From: Felis catus | Taxonomy: Eukaryota | Assembly (NCBI RefSeq): GCF_018350175.1 | Contig: NC_058368.1 | Coordinates: forward strand, 108,006,001-108,070,000 | Direction of reading: 5' to 3' | DNA: 64,000 nucleotides | Part shown: piece by piece, positions 52,634 through 64,000 of the stretch | Layout of the letters: the number at the start of each line of letters is the position of its first letter | Position numbering within the stretch: position 1 is the stretch's first letter | Program-made: the position numbers and the translations under genes | Notes under the pieces: model-generated | What the model was told of the DNA's origin: nothing | Seen by the model: the letters and a program-made list of their open reading frames with translations, nothing else | The model's database searches: none

Positions 52634-53448
52634 GTACAGTAATTGAGTCTTTCATTTATGACAAATCCCTTATACATTTTCTTAGCCACTAGAGAAAATG
52701 ATGAAAATAGAGGGGTTATATGAAATAAAAATTATTACTTGATAGTTAAAGGCATCACAACTATGTCTAGAGTTCACTTGTTTGGTATGGCTCACCTCTT
52801 CAGGCTCATCTGCCTACACCCCTAAGACAGCAAGTTTCTGGCTGAAAAGAACATGGATGTAGCTATGGTCAGAGCAAGAGCAGCTGAACCAATCCAGAAA
52901 CCCACAGAAATTCTATCTTCACCTAAGGCAAGTGACTGAAACTAAGGAGAATAAATATTAAAACTGCAGATAGAACTTCTCTATTCATTTAGCTCAACTA
53001 GAGGCTTTTTTGTTTTTAATTCCTGTCTTGGCAGTGAAAGTTAATCAGCCAGTTTGTGAACTCTTCTTGTTTTGCCTTTTAGTCACTTGTTCTAGTTGAA
53101 GACAGTCCGTCTACTGACACTAATCTATGAACTTCCTAATACTCCCAGTACATATTCATTTTAAAAAATGCACAATGATTTGTTTATTGTTTAAACTCAT
53201 ATTGCATATACATACATATTGTCTCTGTTTTTAACTTCCCAAGTATTTCTTTATCTCATTTTGTATAAATGTAGGGAAAGAACCCTTAGGAAGAAAACAA
53301 AAAAATGGAAAATTATTTGAAGGGCAGTTATAATTCCAAGAATTGGTTTGGTTTAATAAAATCTACCGGTTAACTTTTTTTTTTTTTTTTTTTTTTACTT
53401 AAAATGCATTTATTTTCAGTAGAGAAAAATACTATTTTTAGAATAGTA

Positions 53449-53669
53449 GGGGCGCCTGGGTGGCGCAGTCGGTTAAGCGTCCGACTTCAGCCAGGTCACG
53501 ATCTCGCGGTCCGTGAGTTCGAGCCCCGCGTCAGGCTCTGGGCTGATGGCTCGGAGCCTGGAGCCTGTTTCCGATTCTGTGTCTCCCTCTCTCTCTGCCC
53601 CTCCCCCACTCATGCTCTGTCTCTCTCTGTCCCAAAAAAAATAAATAAACGTTGAAAAAAAAATTTTAA
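53449..53669 (+). mobile_element. Young felid Can-SINE
   Basis: CpG-intact, with perfect TSD TAGAATAGTA at 53439-53448 and 53670-53679. Confidence 0.95.
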
Positions 53670-54202
53670 TAGAATAGTAAATATCTATAATGATCAAATT
53701 AATGAGACAAAATGAGGTAGCTTGAGTATTTCTATCCCTGTAATATAAAGGGAAAGATTTCACTTAGCCATTTGATAGGGCAAACAGGGACTTTGTAATT
53801 TTTTTCATGGCAGAAGTTAAGATGACATCATAAGTGATGACTTGAGGAGAGGGTAATGGATGTATACAAAAGTTTGTACCATTTGCTATTCAGTAGACTG
53901 ATTACTAAGAATGTGGTAATTGTTTTTTAATTTTGAAATCATGGTAAAAAAATTTTAAATTGAAGTCTGTCTATGTCAACTGGGAGATGAACTACAGTCT
54001 TCTAAATTTATTTTACTTGTGAAGCACCAATTTAGCATTAAGCAGTATAGAAATTAGATATTTGTTATATACAAATATATATTTTGTATGTTTTGTAATT
54101 CTGCATCTGTTAAATATTTAGTGGTTCTTAGATTATCACATTGTTGTGTATTAGAGCATTAATGAAATCTTGATGTCAAAAGGAATTTTATGCATCCTTT
54201 AC

Positions 54203-56455
54203 ACCAGCAGTTCTCAACTCTTTGATCTCAAGACTCTTTTACTTTCTTAAAAGTTGAGGACCCCAAAGTGCTGTTCATGTGGTGTCTCTTTCACTATTTA
54301 CCATAGTAGAAATTAAAACTGAGAAATTTTTGAAATATATGTTGTCTAAAAATAAGCTCATTACACATTAACAGATATACTGTTTATGGAAAATAACCAT
54401 ATTTTCAAAAAATTTAGTGAGAATATTGTTTTATATTTTGCAAATCTCTTTGAAGTCTGGCTTAATAGCAGTCAGCTAAATTCTCATATCTGCTTCCTCA
54501 TTCAGTCCAGTGCAGTGTTTTTTAGGTTGAAATATATGAAGGGGCACCTGGGTGGCTCAGTCAGTTAAGCGTCGGACTTCAGCTCACCTCATGATCTCAC
54601 AGTTTGTGAGTTTAAGCCTCACATCGGACTCTTTGCTGTCAGCACAGAGCCTGCTTCAGATCCTCTGTATCCCTCTCTCTCTGCCCCTCCCCTGTGTGCA
54701 TGCTCTCTCTCTCTCAAAAATGAATAAACATAAAAAGAAATATATGAAGAAAATTCAGCCTTACACAGATGTGTAGTTGGAAAAGTGTCAGAGTACAGAG
54801 TAACGTTTTCAAATAAATTGAATATTCTTTGATACTACACCTCAACAGTTTGTAAATTTCTTTAAAGGTTAGTTGCACTGTGGAACTCTGTTACCTGTTA
54901 GACCAATGGGTGGAGAGAAGTAGGTAGATAAGTAGATGCTTTTTTTTTTTTTTTGGCTCCTGGATTTGTACAGACCACCTCTTGCTCATCCTCTCTGATT
55001 TCCCCGTATCCCTGTTCCTCATCTAACTTTGTTTCCAGCATTAGACCTATGATTCAACTCAGTTTATGCACCTCCAATAGATGAGAACACCCATATTTTT
55101 CCTTTCTCTTGCCAGGTCCCTTCTCAGGTTTGTTGAGAGGTGAGTGTTTGCTCTAACACAGCCTTCTCCGTATCCGTTAATGGCAACTCCCTCCTTTTAA
55201 TGCTCAGACCAAAAACCTTGGTCAACCTCTTTCTTGATTGCTTTCTTTCACACTTATATCCAACCTGTCAGCCAGTTTTGTTGGCTTAACCTTCAAAATA
55301 CATGCAGAATTCTACCACTTCTCATTCTCCCCATCATTACCTCCTAGTTCAAGCCACCATCATCTCTCACTGGATTATTACAAAAGCCTCCTAGTAGGTA
55401 TCCCTGCTTTCACCCTAACTCCCTAGAGCCTATTCCTCAACACTTTTAAAAGAAGATTGTTTTATTTTTACTTATTTTTATTTTATTTTATTTTTTTATT
55501 AAGTAGACTTCACACCCAGTGTAGAGCCCAACATGGGGCTGGAATTCACGACCCTGAGATCAAGACCTGAGCTGGGATCAGAGTCGGATAATTAACCAAC
55601 TGAACTACTCAGATGCCCCAGACTGAGCTTTTTAAAATATATAAAGGTGTATCTCATCACTCTTGTACTCAAAAACCCTCATAGCTTCTCATCCCAAAGT
55701 AAAAACTAAAGTCCTTACCATGGCCTGTAAGACTGTATCATCTGACTCCTGTTAACTCCCCACTTCAGCTCACCCTCTCTCTCCTACTCTTCCAGTCTCA
55801 GTGTGTTCTTTGAGAGCACTGGAATTCACCAAGAACTTTCCTGTCTTACGGCTTTTATGCTTTGCTTCTTCCTAGGATATTCTTCTCCAGCGTGGCCTCA
55901 AGTCTTGATTTAGTAGACCAATATATTTAATATGTCTTTCTCTTGGAATGGATCTTTTACCCATGCATGATTTTGTAACATCGTGCACCATTGAGTTGGA
56001 AAATACAGGTTCACTAAGTAATGCATACCTTCTAAATGTTGACATAGTTCAATATGTAATGTTTTAAAATTATATTTATTAATGTTAATATCCATCTCAT
56101 AAGTAAAATTTCTAAGTATTGGGAAACTATCAAGCTCATGGTGGCAGATACAATTTCCCTAGAATTCTAATTTGTTCTTGAAAATTTGAATTTTGTCATT
56201 GTCAGCAAATAAAATAGAGTCCACTTACTCATTTTCAAGAAAATGTTTTCCAAATACCCAAGTCTGAATAATCATAGTTTGTCTGTCTGTGGTTCATTCA
56301 GGTCAAAATGGTAGTCTGTGGAGAAAACTCTACTTTTGCTATAACCCAAACAATGCAGAAAGCTCTAGTGTCATGAAAATCATTTTGACTTCATGGTATC
56401 TGAAAGACTTTCAAGGTACCCTAAGGGTCCACGACTTTACAAATCATTGTTCTAG
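54203..56455 (-). mobile_element. Charlie1-like hAT transposon (pieces at about 54203-54890 and 55910-56455) interrupted by a SINE (54540-54740) and an L2-like block with a SINE (about 55170-55900)
   Basis: CAGCAGTTCTCAA terminus, GAGGACCCCAAAG motif, and minus-strand ORF 55910-56095 with transposase-like LQNHAWVKDPF. Confidence 0.75.
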
Positions 56456-56654
56456 TCCATTTCTTCATTTTGCATATGATAAATTCTGAAACTCAGAATA
56501 GGTTATTAACTCAAGGCCTAATACTTAATGATAGAGCCAGATTTGGAATCCAAGTATTCTGACTTCTAATTCAGTATCATTTCTACTGTTTATAGTACAT
56601 CCGACTCTATAAAAGAAAGACTCAGCCATCTCCTGAAGAACACAGCATTTACTC

Positions 56655-57026
56655 TTTTATTTAAGTTTATTTATTTTGAGAGCAAGAGAGGGTGAGAGAG
56701 AATCCCACACAGGCTCTGCAGAGCAGAGCCTGATGCCAGGCTCAATCCCATGAACTGTGAGATCATGACCTGAGCTGAAATCAAAAGTTGGATGCTTAAC
56801 AGACTAAGCCACCCAGGCACCCCAAAAACAGCTTTTTAAAAAAAATTTATTTTAATTTTATTTTAGAGAGAAAGCAGGGGAGAGGGGCAGAGGGGAAGAG
56901 AGAATCTTAAGCAGGCTCCACACTGTTAGTGGAGCCTGATGTGGCTCAGTCTCATGACCATGTGATCATGATGTGAGCCGAAATGAAGAGCCAAGGGCTC
57001 AACCAACTGAGCCACCGAGGCGCCCC
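56655..57026 (-). mobile_element. Two tandem Can-SINEs (about 56655-56823 and 56840-57026)
   Basis: Two SINE bodies and three copies of the target AA(C/A)ACAGC(A/T)TTT. Confidence 0.88.
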
Positions 57027-57292
57027 CCAAAACAGCATTTTTAACATATAAAATACACATTCAAGAAAAAATAATCTATTTTGGAACAAAATTTGGAATC
57101 GATGGATAAAAGTTCAAAGTACACACATGTCTATATTCTCTACGCTTGGAATAGTTTTAAAAAGTTAAAGGCAGTATTACCTAAAAACAACTAAACAATA
57201 TACCTACGGTTCTCAAAATCATTGCATTCTATATGGACCATTGGAAAAAAAAAAACACCCAGAGGATTTATTATGTTTGGTTTTCTTAACAG

Positions 57293-57374
57293 CTAATAAA
57301 AATAGGTTCCGACGTTGAATTGTTACTCAGAACATCTGTTGTACAAGGTATTCATACAGACCACAATACACTGA
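57293..57374 (+). CDS. LYRM7: LYRM7 coding exon 4 ([27 protein letters not shown]+A); final exon not found in the window
   Basis: Acceptor TTTTCTTAACAG|, donor A|GTAAGT. 82 nt, translation matches LYRM7. Confidence 0.96.
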
Positions 57375-57494
57375 GTAAGTAAAATTAAAAATGTTTTCTG
57401 ACTTCTATGTGTTTTAAACTATCGAGCAGTTGCAGTGCTTTTAATGCTTAATAATAAAGCAACTTGATTTTGCCAGACAATGTGGTATATCCTG

Positions 57495-57553
57495 TATACA
57501 TTTGTTTGTTTTTTATAAATTTTGTTTTCTTAATTTTTAAAAATTTTTTTACA

Positions 57554-57597
<44 letters not shown>

Positions 57598-57790
57598 TTG
57601 AGAGAGAAAGAGAGACAGAGTGTGAGTGAGGTAGGGGCAGAAAGAGAGGGAGAGACAGAATCCAAAGCAGGCTCCAGGCTCCAAGCTGTCAGCCCATGTC
57701 AGAGCCTGACATGGGGCTCGAATTCACAAACCACGAGATAATGACCTGAGCCGAAGTTGGAAGCTTACGAACTGAGCCACCCAGGTGCTC
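57495..57790 (-). mobile_element. Can-SINE with a (TAT)n microsatellite just downstream of LYRM7 exon 4
   Basis: SINE body, with TSD TATCCTGTATA at about 57488 and 57792. Confidence 0.92.
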
Positions 57791-58239
57791 CTATCCTGTA
57801 TATATTTGTAAGGCTACCATTTAAAATGCCAGATTATGAAACTTTATTTTACCAGATTTTTTTTCTTTTTCTTTTTTAAATTTATTTTTTCTGTTTAATC
57901 TTTACTGGTTATATTATAGAACTATAGTTACAAAAACAGTATGACTATTTTTTCATCATATTTATTTGATGTTCTTAACAATTGTATTATCAGTTATCAC
58001 CTACTTAGACTGTTTATCTTTTATTCTTTGGTTAGAGTTATTTTAATTTAGAAGAGTTGGTATTATAGAAAATGGAAATACAGTTGAGGATCCTCCATTA
58101 TACCTCCAGATACCTCATAGGGCTTCAGCAGAATTTTCATTTCACATTATATTTTGTTCTCATTCCCTAAAATATCTTTGAGGACGACAACAACAACAAC
58201 AACAACAACAACAAAAGATGACATTCAAATTTTTGAAAA

Positions 58240-61200
58240 TGTTTTCTTTTTCTTTAATTAAAAAAAAAAAAAGGGGAGAGGGGCAGAGCAGGGAAGAGAG
58301 AGAGTATCTTAAGCAAGCTCCACACTCAGTGTGGAGCCAAACACAGGTATTGCTCCCTTGGCCCTGGGATCATGACCTGAGCCAAAATCAAAAGTCAGAT
58401 CCTAAACTGACTGAGCCACCCAGGTGTCCCAAGGTTTCTTTTTCTTTCTTTCTTTTTTTTTTCTTAAGTAATCTCAAAGTATAACATACAATCAGAAAAG
58501 TGCTCAATTATAAATATACAGCCAGGGAATTTTCACAGAGTAAAATAACCATGTCATCACCATACAAAGTAAGCTATTTCATAATATTACCAGTATTCCC
58601 CTAACTCCTCATGTCCCTTCCAGATACCTGCTTCTAATAAGCTAACCACTATCCTTACTATTAATACTATAGATTTTTAATTTAGTAAAATAAAATGTTT
58701 GAACTTTATATAAATGGAATCGTAAAGGATTACTATTTTGTCTGGCTTTTTTCAACGTTGCATTTGTGAGATTAATCTATTTTGTTGTGTAACATTTCTA
58801 TGAATACTGTTGGAACATATCACAGTTTATCCATGCTGTTGTTCATTTGTGTTGTTTCTAATTCTTAATGTGTAATGACTATTGATTCCTTGAACATAAT
58901 TGGATGTGCCTTTTAGTTCAAAATTTATAAATATATGAAAAATTTATGTGTGTGTGGGTATACACACGCACACACACACCAACACCACACTCACACACAC
59001 ACATATACATAGTTGACCCTTGAGCAGTGCAGGGGTAGGGGTGCTGACTACATTAGAAAATTCATGTGTAACTTTTGACTACCCAAAACCTTAACTACTA
59101 ATAGCCTGCTGTTAATAAGAAGCCTTACCGATAACATAAACACATATGTTATAGTATCATATACTATGGTCTTACAATAAAGTAAGCTTGAGAAAAGAAA
59201 ACATTAAATTATAAGGAAAATACATTTATAGTACTGTACTGTATCGAAAAAATGAATGTATGACACTCCTAACCAGTTTTCCAAATTAGTTAGGCTAATT
59301 TACACTTCCAGCAGCAGTGTCTGGGACCTCGGGGTGCTTCATATCCTCACCAACACTTGGTAATCTGCACCTCTTTAAGCACCCTTTCTGGTGATTGTGT
59401 TATGGTATTTGCATTGTGATTTTAATTTGCGTTTCTTTGGTGATTAATGAAGTACTAGCACCCTTTCAGTTGTTAAGTGGCCATTTGGATATTCTTTTAT
59501 GAAGTGACTGGTCAAGTCTTTTTCCCCTTTTTCCAAGGGGTTAGCTGCCTTTTTATTACTGATTTGAAGGAATTCTTTGTATATTCTGAATATACATTCT
59601 TAGATCTATGTATTACAAGAATCTTTTACTTAATGGCTTGCCTTTGGTTTTGGTAATGTTGCCTTTTGATGAGAAGTTCGTAATTTTAATATAATCCAGT
59701 TTGTCTATTTTTTCATTTATGGTTGATACTTTTCTGTCCTGTTTAAAAAATCTTTGTGTGTCTCAAGCAAGGTCATGAAGAGATATTTCTGTACTTTCTT
59801 CCAAAAGCTTTAATGTTTGATCTTTTCCATTTGGTTGTTTATATCACCTGGCGTTGGGTTTTGTATATGGTATGAGCTAGGGGGTCAAGATTTTTTTTTG
59901 GTTGAAATATAGTTGACACAATGTTAGTTTCCGGTTTACAACATAGTGATTTGATAACTCTGTCCATGCAATGCTAATCCCAATGTAGCAACCATTCATC
60001 ACAACACACTATTACACTACCATTGACTATATTCCCTATTATTTACCTTTTATCCTTGTGACTTACTCCATAACTAGAAGCCTGTACCTCCCATTCCCTT
60101 TCACCCCTTGTTGCCCATTTCCCCACTACTCTCCTTTCTGGCAACCACCGGTTTGTTCTCTGTATTTATAGGTCTCTTTATGCTTTTTTTTTGTTCATTG
60201 CTGTGTGTTTTTGGTTTGGTTTGGTTTGGTTTACATAGAAGTGAAATCATTTGGTATTTGTCACAATGTTTTTACATGTGAATGTCCAATTGATCGAGCA
60301 TTTATAGAGAAGACCACTTTTTCCCACTGTACTGCAGGGTTACTTTTGTTATAAAATAAAATGACTATATATGCTTTCAACTGTTTCTGAACTTCATAAT
60401 CTCTGCAATTAGTTTTTCTATCGATCCATCATATGCTTTAATGTCTTGATTATTACACTCTCATAGTAAGTCTTGGTATTTAGTAGTTTAAGCCCTATAA
60501 AGCTTTAAAGTTATTTTTAAGTTCATGAGGATTTATCAGAAATTATTAGATCTGAGTTGTATTCATAAGGGCAGTAAACATAGTAAAAAAAAATGCAAAA
60601 CATAAAATTTGCATTCCTCTAAATTGCAAATTTTAGTCATTACCTTTAATCTTAATAATGATCTTTAGAGCTTTTGTGTAGTATAGCCAACATTTTATAC
60701 AGGTAGTCCCTTCTAAATGTTATTATTTTAATCAAATAATATTTATTTATATGAATAAAAATTAAGTTATTTCAAACATTTAAATTGGATATATTTCAAA
60801 TGCCTGGTTTTAGATGTGATAATACTGGTTTAAATTTCTTTTGATCTTTTGGTTTTCTTTGTAATTTAATTTTCCCACAAGATTGAAATTTTTGAGCCTT
60901 TCATGGTAATTAGTATATAGTGCTATATTACCTTAAGAATGGCCTCATCATTCTTTCCATTAAGAGATATATGGGTCTCTTTTTCCTACTTTGTGCCTAT
61001 GTCCAAGATATAACAAATTGGATTATTTAATCTACTTTAAAGTTATTTTAAGCAAATATCTCCACAAATTTTAGCAGTGTTTGTACTGGTATATAGAAAT
61101 GAATTAAAATTCTGCTACTTGGCTAAAAAGTACTGTGTTGAACAGACGCAGTGGGAATAGGCAACTTTGTCTTGTTCATGATCTTAGAGGAAGAGCTTTC

Positions 61201-61660
61201 TGTTTTTACCATTGACTATGATGTTATGGGCTTGTCCTATGTGACTTTTATTATGTTGGGGTGTGTTTCCACTACAGCAGTTTTGCTGAGAGTTTTTAAT
61301 CATTACTGCATGTTGAATTTTGTTGAATCCTTTTTCTGCATCTTTTGCATTGATTCTATGATTCTTTTTTATCCTTCATTTTGTTAATGTGGTGTATCAC
61401 AGTATTTTGCAGATGTTGAACCATCTTTGCATCCCTGGTATAAATTCCACTTGATTGTCAAATTCTGCTTGATCCACTTGATACATGATTCTTTTCACGT
61501 GTTGTTGAATTTGATTTGCTAATATTTCGTTGAGGATTTTGCATCTGTTTTCATCAAGGATATTGACCTCTGATTTTCTTTTCTTGTAGTGTCCTTGTCT
61601 AGTTTTGGTATCAGAGTAATGCTGGCTTCATAAAATGAGTTTGAAAGTATTCCTTCCTCT
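58240..61660 (-). mobile_element. Mosaic of a SINE (about 58240-58430) and old antisense L1 fragments in LYRM7 intron 4
   Basis: L1 3'UTR and ORF2-like antisense sequence, e.g. GTTGAACCATCTTTGCATCCCTGG and TTTTGGTATCAGAGTAATGCTGGCTTCATAAAATGAG. Confidence 0.7.
59009..59260 (+). mobile_element. Tigger2-family (Tigger2a-like) non-autonomous DNA transposon fragment
   Basis: (C/T)AGTTGACCCTTGA terminus; TAACTACTAATAGCCT...GAAGCCTTACCGATAACATAAAC; TTACAATAAAGTAAGCT. Confidence 0.75.
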
Positions 61661-61760
61661 TTTGTTTCATTTACTTATTTATTTATTTTTAATCTTGACC
61701 TAAATTTTTATTTGGGCCATAAATAAGTTAAAGGATTTTATTTTAAGAAATTATTGTTTT

Positions 61761-61901
61761 GGGGATATCTGGGAGGCTCAGTCAGTTAAGCATCTGACTT
61801 CTGCCCGGGTCTTGATCTCACAGTTCATGAGTTCAAGTCCTGCAACAAGTGAGCTTGAGCTCCGCTTAAATTGAGGTTCTGCCCTACTTTGGGTGAGCTC
61901 C

Positions 61902-61944
<43 letters not shown>

Positions 61945-63256
61945 TCTCTCCCTCTCTCTCTCTCTCCCTCTCTCTCTCTCTCTCCCTCTCTCCCTTTCTC
62001 TCTCCCTTTCTCTCTCTCTGCCCATTGTGGGATTGTCTCTCTCTCTCTCTCTGCCCCTCCCTCACTTGCACCCTCTCTCTCTCAAAAAATGAATAAAATA
62101 AAGTGATTAAAAAAAAAAGAAATTACTTTTTTGGGGGCACCTGTGTGACTCACTCAGTGTCTCACTTTGGCTCAGGTCATGATCTCATGGTTAATGAGTT
62201 CGAGCCCCACATTAGGCTTGCTGCTTTCAGTGCATAGCCCACTTTGGATCCTCTGTCCCTCTCTCTTTCTGCCCTTCCCCACTTGTGCTCTCTCCCTCTC
62301 AAAAATAAATAAAACATTAAAAAAAAAAAGAAATTACTCTTTAACTGATAAATTTCATATGACCATAATAAGGTTTTTAGGGGCCTCTAAAGTACAGGAA
62401 ATAAATCATGATCTCGATGTAGTTCTTTTTCAAGATCTGACAACTTCAATAAACTTAATGTTGTTATGGCACATTGATATCTAACATAGGGAACAAAGTC
62501 AAGGATTTTATAATCAGTAAAGAAACATTACAGTGAAAAATAGTATACAGCATGTAAATCTGTATATATTTGTCCTAATGAAAGTGCTAGCAGTTACTTT
62601 AGAAAAATTCTATTGTAGGGCACCTTTTGATTCCAAAGATTACCTAATAAGGTGAATTGGGTTAAGGGATTGAGTAATGAATATTTGACAGGTTTTCTGG
62701 TTATTTACCACTTTCTGAATTGCTCATTTTGTTTCAGAAATTTCCATCTCAGTGAGTTCTAAATTTCCATTATAGAATCTAGAAAATTCAGGGGCTCCTG
62801 GATGGCTCAGTCATTTAAGTGGCCAACTTTGGCTCAGGTCATGATTTCATGGTTCGTGGATTTGGGACCTACATTGGGCTTTATGCTAACAGCTTGGAGG
62901 CTGGAGCCTGCTTCAAATTCTGTATCTCCCTCTCTCTCTGCTCCTCTCCTACTCATATTCTGTCTCTCTCTGTCTCTGAAAAATAAATAAACATTAAAAA
63001 AAATTTTTTATAAGAATCTGGAAAATTCAGTTCCTTGGTTTTCTTTAAAGTTCAGGCATGGAAGGGCACCTGGGTGGCTCAGTCGGTTAAGCATCTGACT
63101 TTAGCTCAGGTCATGATCTCATAGCTTGTGGGTTTGAGCCTCAGGCTGTATGCTGACAGCTTAGAGCTGCTTCGGATTCTGTGTCTCCCTCTCTCTCTGC
63201 CCTTCCCCACTCGTGCTCTGTCTCTCTTAAAAATAAATAGATGTTAAAAAATAAAT
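61761..63256 (+). mobile_element. Four Can-SINEs (61761-62116 variant with a long CT tract, 62133-62327, 62791-63012, 63063-63256)
   Basis: SINE heads and tails, with TSDs AAGAAATTA(T/C)T, AGAATCT(A/G)GAAAATTCA and AAAGTTCAGGCATGGAA. Confidence 0.9.
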
Positions 63257-63339
63257 AAAGTTCAGGCATGGAATTTGACATAGGTGCAATACATTCACTC
63301 ATACTCAGAAATGAACTTGAGAAAAGATGGTTGGCATAC

Positions 63340-64000
63340 AATCTGTTTTGCTGGCAGTAATGGCAGAGTCAATTTACTGATTCACAAGCGGCACTGGTGT
63401 GGTGGCAGAAGCAGATGTAGTAAAATTTAGTTTCCAGCAGCATCTGAAATGTAGCATCTTTTGTTCCATGGTGATAGAAGTGATGGCAGTTTCTTGTAGG
63501 GGCCAACAGGCAGCAGCAGTTTTCATCATCAAGCCAGTTTTGTGGTATGGATTTGTACATTGTTCCTGGAAGCTTAGCCTTAAGCATGCCTGATTCTTAA
63601 GCCCTTAGAATAATTGCATGAGTTAGACCAAAAACCTTTTTAATAAATGCCTTTTCTGCTTAATCAGCCAGAGTCAGCTTCTGTTACTTTTAACTAAGAA
63701 CAACAGAAGTAGTTACCAAAAGTGAGGCGCTGTGCTATTAGTTGAATGGAAGGCAAAGACACAGGTGGCTATGACTGTTATGGATCTCACCTTTACAGTC
63801 TTTAAGGCTGGTGGCCCTTGTTATGTAGTGATGAAACATGAGGTAAGTGCCTCGTAGTGTTTCTTGAAACACACCGAGTACCAGCTGAAGCTATAGGAAT
63901 AAGAGAAATAACCAGAATGTCATGGTGTTCTGGTTATATCTTCCTGCTTTCAGCAGAATATTGAAAAAGAGAATGAATGCCGATTAAGCTAGTTGCTACG
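63340..64000 (+). mobile_element. Old MaLR-type LTR followed by probable internal sequence
   Basis: AATAAATGCCTTTTCTGCTTAATCAGCCAGAGTCAGCTTCTGTTAC 3'-LTR-like motif, then AGTTACCAAAAGTGAGG internal-like start. Confidence 0.5.

Noticed and set aside
61778..62096. RE/SL-repeat ORFs and the many MAQSVK... and ...WLKSDA ORFs across the window
   Set aside because: They are translations of SINE bodies and CT microsatellites.
57375..64000. Search for LYRM7 exon 5 (KLVPRKDLL...)
   Set aside because: Not seen by eye. The region is repeat-filled intron and the exon is presumed to lie beyond the window, so I make no truncation claim.

Overview
Mammalian genomic DNA, almost certainly from a felid, judged by the felid-type tRNA-derived Can-SINEs and carnivore/felid L1s. 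The window holds two divergently transcribed protein-coding genes. HINT1 is complete on the minus strand (3 coding exons, 126 aa, HIT motif HVHLH). LYRM7 is on the plus strand with coding exons 1-4 (81 codons); I did not find its last exon, which should lie beyond the window. Each gene has its own CpG-island promoter, and the start codons are about 4.6 kb apart. Most of the rest is transposable-element debris: more than 35 Can-SINEs, nested L1s, a decayed near-full-length L1 antisense in LYRM7 intron 1, a near-full-length Tigger1, Charlie1, MER63, MaLR/ERV LTRs, L2/MIR and microsatellites. I see no evidence of a new multi-gene system. The most unusual items are a SINE insertion carrying about 135 bp of extra sequence inside a perfect 17-bp TSD (candidate 3' transduction), an inverted MLT1D pair between the two promoters, inverted SINEs bracketing LYRM7 exons 2-4, and repeated SINE insertion into earlier TSDs. 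Repeat family names come from recalled consensus similarity rather than a database search, and repeat boundaries are approximate.
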